DNA of 64,000 bases from an uncultured virus (IMG/VR IMGVR_UViG_3300030110_004015) (Duplodnaviria > Heunggongvirae > Uroviricota > Caudoviricetes > Crassvirales), in IMG/VR virus record IMGVR_UViG_3300030110_004015. One strand, written 5' to 3'. Position numbers and translations under genes: made by a program. Of this stretch, positions 1 to 8,841 are shown in pieces. Positions within the stretch are counted from its first letter, which is position 1. Every line of letters starts with the position of its first letter. A model generated the notes under the pieces. It was not told the DNA's origin and ran no database searches. It saw only the letters and a list, made by a program, of their open reading frames with translations.

Positions 1-156
1 ACCACGTTCCCAATCATAGCTAGCACATTGTGCTTTCTGATTCTTAGGTTTCCTAGTATGAGAGCATAACGGGCATACACCTTGTGTTGCACCCTCTTTT
101 AGGTCGTGTTGATTGAACTTATCAATCAAAAATCCATTGATCTCTTCAGTGCTCAT
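1..156 (-). CDS. Primase(-helicase) N-terminal zinc-binding domain, partial (runs off window edge)
   Basis: Manual translation MSTEEINGFLIDKFNQHDLKEGATQGVCPLCSHTRKPKNQKAQCASYDWERG; CPxC motif; follows SSB in a replication cluster. Confidence 0.6.
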   Translation of the reverse strand, partial: MSTEEINGFLIDKFNQHDLKEGATQGVCPLCSHTRKPKNQKAQCASYDWERG

Positions 157-465
157 TTAAAATGGTAAATCATCTGCTGGAGCGGCAGCTGGCGCGGCTT
201 GAGCAGGAGCACCATCACGTGGTGCTGGTTCAACATTTTGACCATTAGTCCAAACTACTTTTACATTACCAAGGTAAGTCTTAGCTGCCTTCGCATCTCT
301 TTCTTCCTTAGTTTGTTCTACAACTACAGGACCTTGATTACCAAACTGATCTAGCTCGTCATTCAAAGTAATTGTAATTGGTAAATATGAACCTTTTTTA
401 CCTTTAAAGATTTTGTCTTTAGGTATAGCTGTAAGGTTTATACTTGCTTTAATAATACTTGCCAT
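157..465 (-). CDS. Single-stranded DNA-binding protein-like
   Basis: Small beta-rich core, Ala/Pro linker and acidic C-terminal DDLPF tail; next to ERF and exonuclease. Confidence 0.6.
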   Translation of the reverse strand: MASIIKASINLTAIPKDKIFKGKKGSYLPITITLNDELDQFGNQGPVVVEQTKEERDAKAAKTYLGNVKVVWTNGQNVEPAPRDGAPAQAAPAAAPADDLPF

Positions 466-633
466 TTAATAATTATTTATTTGGTTAAACATTCTTGTTA
501 ATTGATCTTTAGTTGCTCCAGTATTTCTTCTAATATTATCTACAGCTTTTACATGGTTTTGATTACTGTAAAAATTGTTAACACTAGTTTTAATACCTGT
601 TACCGAGCATACTCTTGATTTTGTTCTTGCCAT
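466..633 (-). CDS. Small hypothetical protein (55 aa)
   Basis: Manual ORF MARTKSRVCSVTGIKTS...; fills the gap between flanking genes. Confidence 0.5.
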   Translation of the reverse strand: MARTKSRVCSVTGIKTSVNNFYSNQNHVKAVDNIRRNTGATKDQLTRMFNQINNY

Positions 634-642
634 AATTTTGGT

Positions 643-1383
643 TTAAAGGGTTTTACTTATGAAATACTGTTTAGGATCAAAGTCCTTGGTCTTGTAAAAC
701 AAGTCATAAGCTTCGCTTGCTTTACGTACCTTATCTTCACCTCTTTCGTAGAACTGTGGTGAACAGTCGAACATGCCAATTTGATGGGTGTTCTTATCGA
801 TAACTATAAATAAAAACTCATATCCAAATAACTTACTATAAATATAAGCCTGTGAATCATAGTTATACTTAGACGCTGACCATTGAAACTTCTCAATGTC
901 TGCTGTTGTTTTTAAATCGATGATTAATTTTTCGTTATGATTAACTATATCTGCTTTACCTTTCCATTTGTTACCAAATAATTCTGTAACCATAGGTACT
1001 TCAAAATCATTTAACTTACCATCCGTACCCATAATAAGATCAGCACATATATCATTAGCCATAACTTTCTCTCTCATTAATTCAATTGCATCTACTTCGT
1101 GTTGCAGTAGACATAGCTCGCCACCCGCAACATCTTTATAAGCTTTAGTATTTCTAGTAGTTGATTTAACAACTTTGTATTTTTCTATTTTGTCTGGTTC
1201 TAAAATACACGTATGGAAATACCCACCAACTAAAAACGCTGGAGATGGTTTGCTTTGTTTAAAGACATTTAATGGGTCTTTTAGTAATCTTCCAACATGA
1301 GAGTTGGATAAGAACTGATTACCAAAATCACCATAATAGTCTTCATCATTTTGCAGCTTTTGTAATATCTTTTCTTTGTTCAT
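643..1383 (-). CDS. PD-(D/E)XK exonuclease (RecE/DUF3799-like)
   Basis: KGKAD...IIDLKTT...Q.Y.Y motifs; adjacent to ERF. Confidence 0.8.
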   Translation of the reverse strand: MNKEKILQKLQNDEDYYGDFGNQFLSNSHVGRLLKDPLNVFKQSKPSPAFLVGGYFHTCILEPDKIEKYKVVKSTTRNTKAYKDVAGGELCLLQHEVDAIELMREKVMANDICADLIMGTDGKLNDFEVPMVTELFGNKWKGKADIVNHNEKLIIDLKTTADIEKFQWSASKYNYDSQAYIYSKLFGYEFLFIVIDKNTHQIGMFDCSPQFYERGEDKVRKASEAYDLFYKTKDFDPKQYFISKTL

Positions 1384-1900
1384 TTGTTAGTTTATATTTA
1401 GATTCAATAGCTTCTATTTTACCACCAGCAGCTACATATTCTCTAGCTTTTTGTTGTTGCTCAGCTGTTATAGTTGGTTTTGCTGCTTGTTTAATTTTAT
1501 CAATAGCTTTAGATGGTTTTTGAGCATCGGCATCTTCTGTGTCATCAATAAGCAATAGATTACCTAGGGCATATTTCTTACCGTAAGTTGATGCTGCACC
1601 GAATTGCTGAGCGGTTTGCATACCTTTTTGATTAAGGTCTACACCGACTAGTGCTGTGGCGTGTATAGCATTTTCGCCATCTGATATTGTTGCTGTTGAT
1701 TGCATTGTTGGAACAGGGTCGGTAGCAATGATCTCTTCATTGATTGTAACCGTAACGCCGTGTTCGATTAAGAAAGGCTTTATAGCCTCTAAGATGTCTT
1801 CTGATTTTCGGAAATGGTATTTACCAAACGAATTGTACGAAGACTTTTTTGCTTTTAGCTTAGTCTGAATGACTGCTAATTTTTGGTTTAATTCTTTCAT
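1346..1900 (-). CDS. ERF-family single-strand annealing protein
   Basis: N.FGKY.FR..EDILEAIKP and GAASTYGKKYAL..L..IDD..DAD motifs. Confidence 0.85.
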   Translation of the reverse strand: MKELNQKLAVIQTKLKAKKSSYNSFGKYHFRKSEDILEAIKPFLIEHGVTVTINEEIIATDPVPTMQSTATISDGENAIHATALVGVDLNQKGMQTAQQFGAASTYGKKYALGNLLLIDDTEDADAQKPSKAIDKIKQAAKPTITAEQQQKAREYVAAGGKIEAIESKYKLTNEQRKDITKAAK

Positions 1901-1927
1901 AATTTGGTCTTTTGGTGTATATATATA

Positions 1928-1951
1928 ATTACACGTTTTTATTTATTTTTA
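1928..1951 (-). promoter_or_regulatory. Class II (middle/late) promoter-like motif
   Basis: TAAAAA-N12-TGTAAT, just downstream of the sigma gene and upstream of ERF. Confidence 0.55.
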
Positions 1952-1971
1952 CATTATTCACTTCGCTTAAC

Positions 1972-2733
1972 TTATAGATAATCAAGCACTTGCGAGTGGT
2001 CTACATTGTCTATTAATTTTTGCACAGCTTGCTTTTTTAATTGTGAAACTCTAACATAAGCGCTGCTTCCTTCGATACCTAATTTATTAGCTATTTCGTT
2101 GGCAGAATGTTTATCGCAATCAAGACCATAACTTAATCTAAGTACATCATATTCTTTCATATCTAAATGTTGTTTTAATAAACTCATTAAATATATATTT
2201 AAAAATTCTTGGTTGTATGGTTCTGATTTATCTTCAATTTGATAAAGCATATCATCTTCGTCTCTTGGCCCAGCGTCTATACTTAAAAATATAGAGTTGA
2301 AGAACATAGCGACCATCTTTTGATCTTTACCTGCGTTTTTTCTTACACTATTTATAACATGTTCAGGTAAACGCATTTGGCCTCTATTAATATCGATAGC
2401 CCTACGTATACCTCCTTTAATACGTTTAGATAAAAAACTTTTCATTGTTTTTTCTTGATCATCTGACTCTTGTATTGTAGACCAGTCTATACGATCTACA
2501 GCTTTTATTAGGTTTAAATTACCTTCTTGTATAAGATCGTTAATACTCATTACACCTGATGCTTGTTGTGATGTAGCAAATTTTCTAGCTATATTTTCTA
2601 CAAGAGGCATAAATAAAGTTACCAATGTATCTCTATCATATAAAGAATAATGTTCTTTTTTATCTATTCTTTTAATAGTTTCTTCAAGATCTTTTTTATA
2701 TCTAATATAGTTTTGTATATTATAACTTTTCAT
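1972..2733 (-). CDS. Phage RNA polymerase sigma-70-family factor
   Basis: Region 2 (PLVENIARKF, DLIQEGNLNLIKAVD), RLPEH, and region 4 HTH (VLRLSYGL...EIANKLGI...VRVSQLKKQA). Confidence 0.9.
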   Translation of the reverse strand: MKSYNIQNYIRYKKDLEETIKRIDKKEHYSLYDRDTLVTLFMPLVENIARKFATSQQASGVMSINDLIQEGNLNLIKAVDRIDWSTIQESDDQEKTMKSFLSKRIKGGIRRAIDINRGQMRLPEHVINSVRKNAGKDQKMVAMFFNSIFLSIDAGPRDEDDMLYQIEDKSEPYNQEFLNIYLMSLLKQHLDMKEYDVLRLSYGLDCDKHSANEIANKLGIEGSSAYVRVSQLKKQAVQKLIDNVDHSQVLDYL

Positions 2734-3167
2734 TATATGTGGTTTTTATAGATCAATTCTAATGTTGATGGCCAGTCTAAACATCTTTGAGCTGTACCAA
2801 ACCAAAGCCAATGGCCTTTAAAATCTGGTTGACCTCGCCATCTACTATCGTCAATTAAAATATCACCGATTAATAAATCTTTTCTGTGTGTTAGTATTAG
2901 CTTACGTTTAAGCCATGGAAAGTGTTTCTCTAACCATTCACGCTTTGCACCCCACTGCGATGGTCTATCCCATGGTGGTGTGGATGCTATAAAGATATCA
3001 AAATCTTTATTTAGTTTTATAAGTGCATCTTTTGCGCCTGGCATTACTTCTAGGTTACCATAGTCTACATATTTATCTGGTCTATGTGGATTACCTAGTC
3101 TTTCTGCATCTTTTTTAAAGTTGGCAATTACGCCGTCCATATCTATATATATTATTTTTTTATTCAT
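2733..3167 (-). CDS. 5'(3')-deoxyribonucleotidase (NT5C, HAD family)
   Basis: IDMDGV motif I, KREWL.KHFP, GDILIDD. Confidence 0.85.
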   Translation of the reverse strand: MNKKIIYIDMDGVIANFKKDAERLGNPHRPDKYVDYGNLEVMPGAKDALIKLNKDFDIFIASTPPWDRPSQWGAKREWLEKHFPWLKRKLILTHRKDLLIGDILIDDSRWRGQPDFKGHWLWFGTAQRCLDWPSTLELIYKNHI

Positions 3168-3173
3168 ATTTTT

Positions 3174-3203
3174 ATTATCTTATCGTATTCGTATTAACTT
3201 TGT
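3174..3203 (-). promoter_or_regulatory. Class I (early) promoter-like motif
   Basis: ACAAAGTTAATACGA-N9-GATAAT, 6 nt before the ATG at 3167. Confidence 0.7.
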
Positions 3204-3820
3204 AATTGCTGATTTAGTAATTCTTTTTCTCTTTTTAATTCTTCACACATGTTTCTATGTACAGTTCTCGTTGATACATTTAAGTGTGTTGATAATCTTT
3301 TTATAGTTATTTTTCTATCACTATCGTGTATGGATAACATTAAGTCATATATATCACTTTTTGTAACACTTTTAGATCTACCTATTAACTGTCCTACAAT
3401 ACGTAATTTTTCTTCTTTACACATTCGGCTAAATGGTTTAAATATAACTTTACGCAACTTGTTTTTAGGTGGTTCTTCTAAATCTATCATGCTCACCTCA
3501 TATACTATCTTGCGTAGTAGCTCGGCGTGTATAGCAAAACTAATAAAACCGTTTGACTTGTTGCATATTATTTCCGCTAATCCCATAAACTCATCTTGAT
3601 CAAGTTGCGGGTTTAAATACCACAGCACAAGTAAGTGCCATTTAAGGGATTTATATGTTGTTATCTTTGCTTTACTTCTAAACAGTTCATAGCACTCATG
3701 CGTACCGTTTAAATAAAACATATACACTTCATTGTCTTGATCTGGTATATCATTTATTGGGTGTCTTCGGTATACGATGCGATGATCGTTTAGGTATTTA
3801 AGGTTTCTTTCGTGTGACAT
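3194..3820 (-). CDS. Putative DNA-binding protein with C-terminal HTH
   Basis: ITIKRLSTHLNVSTRTVHR HTH pattern; operator-like repeat overlaps its start codon. Confidence 0.6.
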   Translation of the reverse strand: MSHERNLKYLNDHRIVYRRHPINDIPDQDNEVYMFYLNGTHECYELFRSKAKITTYKSLKWHLLVLWYLNPQLDQDEFMGLAEIICNKSNGFISFAIHAELLRKIVYEVSMIDLEEPPKNKLRKVIFKPFSRMCKEEKLRIVGQLIGRSKSVTKSDIYDLMLSIHDSDRKITIKRLSTHLNVSTRTVHRNMCEELKREKELLNQQLQS

Positions 3821-3856
3821 TAGCCTGTTACTATTTATTCTTAGGGGCTGTTGTCA
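3812..3856. promoter_or_regulatory. Operator-like inverted repeat (TGACAnnAGCC half-sites)
   Basis: 3812-3833 matches the reverse complement of 11459-11480 at 20/22 positions. Confidence 0.55.
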
Positions 3857-3959
3857 GCCCTTGTGGTTTTAATGTTGTAAATATAATTCTTGTTTCATTA
3901 TTATTAGGATATTTAATTTTATTAAATTCCTTAATGCGTTGTTTTAGGTCTTCGCTCAT
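3831..3959 (-). CDS. Small hypothetical protein (42 aa)
   Basis: Manual ORF MSEDLKQRIKEFNKIKYP... fills the intergenic gap. Confidence 0.35.
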   Translation of the reverse strand: MSEDLKQRIKEFNKIKYPNNNETRIIFTTLKPQGLTTAPKNK

Positions 3960-4422
3960 ATAATTTTTCGGTTTTAGGGTTTGCTACTGTGTGTTTCTCG
4001 CCTATGTAATAATTCCAATAAGCTTGTATACTACATTTGTCTTTGTATTCATCAGGCATACACTGTGGAGGTTGATTAAACATAACAGTTGGTATATTTT
4101 TTGGTGGATAAACTAAATGTTTACATTTTGTTATTGACAAATGAGTTTTACCGTATCTTTTAGTATATTCATCGCCTAACGCTCTCATGTGGTCATATAA
4201 CCAGTCATAATGTATAGAGTTTTGTCTTACCCATACAGTTGATGGATGGTTTATGTGAGCTATTTTGTATGGTATATCATCTAGTAATCTAATTCTGTTG
4301 TCTAATACATGGTGAGCTGTACATAACATTTGAGCTGACTCAAGTATCATTTTAACTACGTGTTTATTGTATTGTAGTCTAGCTGCTTTATCAGGACATT
4401 CATCTAAGTAAAATATATTCAT
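3931..4422 (-). CDS. Pyrimidine-dimer DNA glycosylase / endonuclease V-like protein
   Basis: MNIFYLD...HVVKMILESAQML...HINHPSTVW family pattern. Confidence 0.65.
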   Translation of the reverse strand: MNIFYLDECPDKAARLQYNKHVVKMILESAQMLCTAHHVLDNRIRLLDDIPYKIAHINHPSTVWVRQNSIHYDWLYDHMRALGDEYTKRYGKTHLSITKCKHLVYPPKNIPTVMFNQPPQCMPDEYKDKCSIQAYWNYYIGEKHTVANPKTEKLYERRPKTTH

Positions 4423-4523
4423 GCGTTATCTTTTATTAATTTTTCTAACAATTTAACAAGCTTTTGTACCGCTTTAGTTAAGTCGCTAATGTCTTTATAT
4501 AGTCGTTGTTCGTTCTTATTCAT
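4419..4523 (-). CDS. Small hypothetical protein (34 aa; likely start MNKNEQ)
   Basis: Overlaps the ligase stop and the next gene's start. Confidence 0.4.
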   Translation of the reverse strand: MNKNEQRLYKDISDLTKAVQKLVKLLEKLIKDNA

Positions 4524-5379
4524 AATTACGTATACATTTAAATAGTGGATGCCTGTAACTACCAGCTTTAGTACGCTCGAAATATGTAAATGTAGCTGTT
4601 TGACCCATATACTCATGTATATTATCTAGCATATCTTTCATATCTTTGTAGCTGTGACCTTTACCAGGTGGACAACCGAATTTATTACCATCTTCATCTT
4701 GCATTAAGAATTTACCAAGTGTACCTTCACGTTTGCCTTGGCCAGCTTCATAACCTACAATATAAGCTTCGGCATCGTGAAAGTCTTTAAACTTACGCAG
4801 CGACCATGATCTACCACATTTGTATACATCATTAGTTCTAACAATAGAGCCTTCATAACCATTACTAAGATTTATTTTATGATCTCTTAAAGCTTGATTT
4901 TCAGAAAATATATCAATAGTTTCAACAGTTCTAACACAAAAAGAGTCTCTTAGGTTGTCAAATACAAACTTATAACGATCTTCAAACGTTATAGTCTCAT
5001 CTATAATATCGTAACAATGAAATTGTACCATCTCGCGTGATTCTAGCATGTCTATGTCATCTGGTTTTTGTCTTCTGACCAATGATATGATTTGTTCAAA
5101 ATCGTTCTTTAGGTCGTGATTATACAGCTCGCCATCGAGTATAACATTTGGATGTTTTGCAAAGAATGGTTTTAATTCTTGTATTATATGATATATATTT
5201 TTCCACTCTTTACCTGTACGTGAATAAGCTACAACTCTGTTTTCTGATTTGTTAATATGCTTCTCGTATTGTATTACACACCTAACACCGTCAAGCTTTG
5301 GTTGCATGAAGACTTTATCTTCATAGTTAATTGGTTTTGTACTAACAGGATATGCTAGCATTGGTTTCTTTCTCATCAT
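4516..5379 (-). CDS. ATP-dependent DNA ligase
   Basis: KPMLA, KLDGVR (motif I), SRTGK, LDGELY, FHCYD, EGSIVR, KFK and OB domain. Confidence 0.92.
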   Translation of the reverse strand: MMRKKPMLAYPVSTKPINYEDKVFMQPKLDGVRCVIQYEKHINKSENRVVAYSRTGKEWKNIYHIIQELKPFFAKHPNVILDGELYNHDLKNDFEQIISLVRRQKPDDIDMLESREMVQFHCYDIIDETITFEDRYKFVFDNLRDSFCVRTVETIDIFSENQALRDHKINLSNGYEGSIVRTNDVYKCGRSWSLRKFKDFHDAEAYIVGYEAGQGKREGTLGKFLMQDEDGNKFGCPPGKGHSYKDMKDMLDNIHEYMGQTATFTYFERTKAGSYRHPLFKCIRNYE

Positions 5380-5716
5380 TTGTATTTCTTTAATATTTTA
5401 TTTACTTCTTGCATTCTATTTTTAATAATAGCACATTTTTCATAAGCCTCATCTTGCTTAAACATTTCCATCAGTGTCATAAGCTTCGCGGCATCACCAA
5501 GGGCATTTTCTTCTTCAGTTAGCTCAAGATCTTGATAAGATGTTGAAAAAGCTATTTCAGATTTACTTACATGTTGAAACCAGTCTTCCATTGACTTAAG
5601 CTTTACCATACGGCTTACTATCTTGACAGCCAATATGTTAAGACCTTCGTCACCAACCTTTAATGCGTCTATTTTATCTAATATTTGTTTATTTGTTACA
5701 CGTTTATTATCCGTCA
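5376..5716 (-). CDS. Hypothetical protein with C-terminal UVR-like motif
   Basis: EAYEKCAIIKNR; start placed at MTDNKRV, overlapping the upstream stop. Confidence 0.5.
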
Positions 5717-5735
5717 TTGTTCGTATTTGTTTTGT
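5706..5735 (-). promoter_or_regulatory. Class I (early) promoter-like motif
   Basis: ACAAAACAAATACGA-N9-GATAAT. Confidence 0.6.
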
Positions 5736-6069
5736 ATTTATCAATTAGTTTTTGTGGTTCGCCTACAAATATACATTCAAAATCAAGGCCATTACCCATA
5801 CCTTCGAATATACTTATCCATGTGGTTTTTAATGGTGCTTGCCATATATAATATATATATTCTAAATCACCGTGTCTTGTATCAAGATGTTCTACTTCCC
5901 ATCCTGATAGTTTTGTTGAGTCTAATAATGACTCTGCTATTTCTATACCTAACCCTTCTGGATAACCATCGCTGTGGTTATAGAACTGCGCGTGTATAGC
6001 ATTTGGATGCTCGTTAAAACTTACGCCAGCTTCTCGCGTGGCAAATCTAATCTGTGCTCTTGTGCTCAT
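5707..6069 (-). CDS. Phage hypothetical protein
   Basis: MSTRA...Y.HSDGYPEGLG...HGDLEYIY pattern seen in small phage proteins. Confidence 0.6.
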   Translation of the reverse strand: MSTRAQIRFATREAGVSFNEHPNAIHAQFYNHSDGYPEGLGIEIAESLLDSTKLSGWEVEHLDTRHGDLEYIYYIWQAPLKTTWISIFEGMGNGLDFECIFVGEPQKLIDKYKTNTNNDG

Positions 6070-6427
6070 CTTTTAATTTATTTATTTCTGTTATTAATCT
6101 ACCAAAACCTTGGTTTATACTATATATTAAAGTCTTCATTGCTTGTTCAGATCTTAACTCAACTGAAAAATTTTCAGTGTAATCATTATTTAACAAAGAC
6201 AATAATTGCTCTGGATTATTATAATCTCTACCAGGTATATAATAATTATCACCTTGAACTGTTGTTGGCCAGGTTGATAAACCTGTTAATCTTTGTATCT
6301 TTATCCAATCACTTTGATAGTCTTCGTTGTTTTTTTCTATAAACTTAATATCTTTACTATTAAAAAACTCTTTTAATTTCTTACAGTAACCACAAGTTTT
6401 TGATGTGTATATTGTTATTTCTTTCAT
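6047..6427 (-). CDS. Glutaredoxin-like protein
   Basis: IYTSKTCGYC active site and TWP cis-Pro motif. Confidence 0.85.
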   Translation of the reverse strand: MKEITIYTSKTCGYCKKLKEFFNSKDIKFIEKNNEDYQSDWIKIQRLTGLSTWPTTVQGDNYYIPGRDYNNPEQLLSLLNNDYTENFSVELRSEQAMKTLIYSINQGFGRLITEINKLKDEHKSTD

Positions 6428-6430
6428 AAT

Positions 6431-6700
6431 TTAATCTAATAATACCATATAAGCTTTAGCATTGTGTTGTCTAAACCAGTCAAGACCTTTTCTAAGTTCT
6501 TCTACATTAGCATGTTTGTAACCATCGGTCATTTCTAGTACTATAGTAGCACCAACAATGAAGTCATACATAGATAATTCTACGTTGTTTAGCTTATATT
6601 CTTCTCCAGAAAACCTGTTCTGTACAGTAGCTCCATCCATATAAACAGAGCCTTTAAACCATTTAGGTAATTGTTGTTTACTTTTTACTTTCGTATTCAT
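6431..6700 (-). CDS. Hypothetical protein
   Basis: Tightly packed early-arm ORF. Confidence 0.6.
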   Translation of the reverse strand: MNTKVKSKQQLPKWFKGSVYMDGATVQNRFSGEEYKLNNVELSMYDFIVGATIVLEMTDGYKHANVEELRKGLDWFRQHNAKAYMVLLD

Positions 6701-6962
6701 AATATTTCATCTTTAATGTTTCTATAATATTTCTACCCGTTGCTGTGTTAAAACCATAACTATGTGTATGTAGTTGAGGTATTGGGTCATTAAAGAATAA
6801 TAATTGCATTAAATCTTTTGCTTTTAACTCTTCACTAAATTCATCATTAAACTTTATAGCCATGTCATTACAGGCAGAAGCTATGCAATCAGGACAATGT
6901 TTTAGTTCTTCATCAGTCCTCCATTCCATATATTCTTTTACTTTTTTACTTGTTATCTTCAT
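6678..6962 (-). CDS. Hypothetical protein
   Basis: Tightly packed early-arm ORF. Confidence 0.55.
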   Translation of the reverse strand: MKITSKKVKEYMEWRTDEELKHCPDCIASACNDMAIKFNDEFSEELKAKDLMQLLFFNDPIPQLHTHSYGFNTATGRNIIETLKMKYYEYESKK

Positions 6963-6965
6963 ATT

Positions 6966-7160
6966 TTAATTTATAAAAGCCCATACTTGTTGGTATACAA
7001 AGTCAGGGTGATTATCATTTATCTCATCTAGCATTTTATCACTCATTGGATTACCATTATAATCTGCTTCTGATATATAAGCATCTACATAATCTGGGTA
7101 ATCATAATGATTAATACCATCTACTTCTATTACTTCTACTTTTTTAAAATCTATCTTCAT
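6966..7160 (-). CDS. Hypothetical protein
   Basis: Acidic small ORF with DYPD..DAYI..A motif. Confidence 0.55.
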   Translation of the reverse strand: MKIDFKKVEVIEVDGINHYDYPDYVDAYISEADYNGNPMSDKMLDEINDNHPDFVYQQVWAFIN

Positions 7161-7161
7161 A

Positions 7162-7569
7162 TTATATTACTTTTTTTGCTACAGTTTGTGTGTTTAATTG
7201 GTCAGCTGTTGGCTCGTCTTCAGGAGCGTCAGCTTCTTTAAATAGTTTGTATACAGCATTACATACTTTTTCCTGTAAATCATACGGGTCAAAACCTATA
7301 TTACTTAAACCAACTCTACCATCATAATCTATTTCATATTCTAAATCTTGATAGTTATCAACATCAGTCCAATCAAAATCACTTAACACTGACTCAATAG
7401 CGTCGGTAATTTGGTCAAATACTATTGGCTCTAACTCTGGTTTATTGTAATCTTTTAATTGTTTTTCCACTGCTGCTAAATCATTTTGATAAGTAGCACT
7501 AAAGTCATCATGTTCTTTGATTGCTTTTTTAAGACCTTCAATCTTGGTCGTTAAATCCATTTCATTCAT
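7162..7569 (-). CDS. Acidic hypothetical protein
   Basis: Directly downstream of a class I promoter motif. Confidence 0.6.
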   Translation of the reverse strand: MNEMDLTTKIEGLKKAIKEHDDFSATYQNDLAAVEKQLKDYNKPELEPIVFDQITDAIESVLSDFDWTDVDNYQDLEYEIDYDGRVGLSNIGFDPYDLQEKVCNAVYKLFKEADAPEDEPTADQLNTQTVAKKVI

Positions 7570-7591
7570 TTTATTATATTTTTATATTTAT

Positions 7592-7621
7592 ATTATCCGA
7601 CTTATTTCGTATTTAGTTTGT
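7592..7621 (-). promoter_or_regulatory. Class I (early) promoter-like motif
   Basis: ACAAACTAAATACGA-N9-GATAAT. Confidence 0.75.
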
Positions 7622-7696
7622 AACTAGTGAGGAATCGAACCTCATACTCGTCAGTAGTCGCGCGCTCGTGAAAACGTTTACGCTCCATACCTAGTT
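7622..7696 (-). ncRNA. tRNA-like element (acceptor-like stem plus canonical T-arm, no canonical D or anticodon arm)
   Basis: AACTAG...TGAGG-TTCGATT-CCTCA-CTAGTT. Confidence 0.55.
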
Positions 7697-7700
7697 TCCT

Positions 7701-7864
7701 GCTCCCAACAGCACAACGCATTATTTTTCCATCTATGTCTGGATGGTGATTTCAACCCACGTTGCTATCGCTTAAGGAGCTAGTGTCATGCGAGTAAGAT
7801 GAGATTACTTCAGTTGTATTCTAGAACAAACGTACTTATATCTCTACACGTCTCGCGCACACTA
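7701..7864. ncRNA. Candidate structured non-coding RNA (two long interrupted hairpins)
   Basis: Nested pairings gctcc/ggagc, caacg/cgttg, ccatc/gatgg and tagtgt/acacta, gcgag/ctcgc, gagat/atctc; ORF-free and GC-enriched. Confidence 0.45.
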
Positions 7865-7886
7865 TTTATACCATATTCCATATACT

Positions 7887-8066
7887 TTAACTCCGTGATG
7901 AGTTGTACATAGTAGTTTCTTTTCCTTTATTGGCTTCTCCGTTAACTGGCTTTTGTCCCAGTATTTTGGATTCTTGCTGTTTAGCTTTTTCTTTTTGCTC
8001 ATATTCTTCTATATTTTTTAATAGTTTTTCGTTTTGTCCTAATCTTTTCTTAAATAGTTTCATCAT
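7887..8066 (-). CDS. Small hypothetical protein (59 aa)
   Basis: Manual ORF MMKLFKKRLGQNEKLLKNIEEYE...; start overlaps the upstream stop. Confidence 0.4.
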   Translation of the reverse strand: MMKLFKKRLGQNEKLLKNIEEYEQKEKAKQQESKILGQKPVNGEANKGKETTMYNSSRS

Positions 8067-8605
8067 ATTATACTATATCTTTCATTATTAACTGTAACTG
8101 ATAATTGTTGTAAAGCACCATTACTTTCTAACTCTGCTTCAGCAACTCTATTCTCATACATCCACTTTGGATAGAAATCACCGTTTGATACTTGATTAGC
8201 ATGTTTAATATAATAGTTTTTAACACAATATTTTATTAAATACTCTAATCTATCTATTTCTTTTGGTATTAATACACAAGTGCGAGTTGAAAATTGAGTA
8301 TACAATGGTCTACCCATACTATCTTTTCTACCTGAGTCAAAATATTCTGGTTCACCATCAATTCTTTTATTTAGTTGATAGTTACTATAACCACTATTCT
8401 GATTACGTACATAACCTGTACTAAAACTAGCTACTTCAATATAACTAGCGCTACCTTGTGGCCAGTTATTTTTGATTGGTAATCTCCAAACTATTGTGCC
8501 ATTTTTCTCTTGTCTTTTTGTGCTAACATCCTCAATACCAAGTAGTTGCATTTTTTCCCATACCGCCCAGTATCTTGGGTCATTATTATATTCTTTTATA
8601 TTCAT
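8063..8605 (-). CDS. Hypothetical protein
   Basis: 180-aa ORF with STKRQEKNGT motif. Confidence 0.6.
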   Translation of the reverse strand: MNIKEYNNDPRYWAVWEKMQLLGIEDVSTKRQEKNGTIVWRLPIKNNWPQGSASYIEVASFSTGYVRNQNSGYSNYQLNKRIDGEPEYFDSGRKDSMGRPLYTQFSTRTCVLIPKEIDRLEYLIKYCVKNYYIKHANQVSNGDFYPKWMYENRVAEAELESNGALQQLSVTVNNERYSII

Positions 8606-8606
8606 A

Positions 8607-8798
8607 TTATTCTGCTATGTAAGTAAAACCTTTATAATTAAACCATTCTGTAATATAAGAATTGCCATCATTATCTACTTGGCCAAATCTAGTATCTGCT
8701 AGTTGACAAACAGTATAAGGTTTATAAGTTGTGTTATTTAGTTTGATTTTTTGTAGACCAGTAGTTGTATTTGGTCTGAGAAATTTAATTTTGTTCAT
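8607..8798 (-). CDS. Small hypothetical protein
   Basis: Follows a class I promoter motif; resembles ORF 10961-11194. Confidence 0.55.
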   Translation of the reverse strand: MNKIKFLRPNTTTGLQKIKLNNTTYKPYTVCQLADTRFGQVDNDGNSYITEWFNYKGFTYIAE

Positions 8799-8810
8799 AA
8801 TTTTATTTAT

Positions 8811-8840
8811 ATTATCTATTAGTGTTCGTATTTAGTTTGT
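8811..8840 (-). promoter_or_regulatory. Class I (early) promoter-like motif
   Basis: ACAAACTAAATACGA-N9-GATAAT. Confidence 0.75.
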
Positions 8841-8841
8841 A

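Noticed and set aside
7622..7696. Canonical tRNA gene
   Set aside because: No D stem, no 5-bp anticodon stem with a 7-nt loop, and no CCA. Kept only as tRNA-like.
7604..7700. Hammerhead-like words on the minus strand (CTGACGA and GAAA)
   Set aside because: I could not build stems I, II and III together. The downstream ATACGAAA belongs to the promoter motif.
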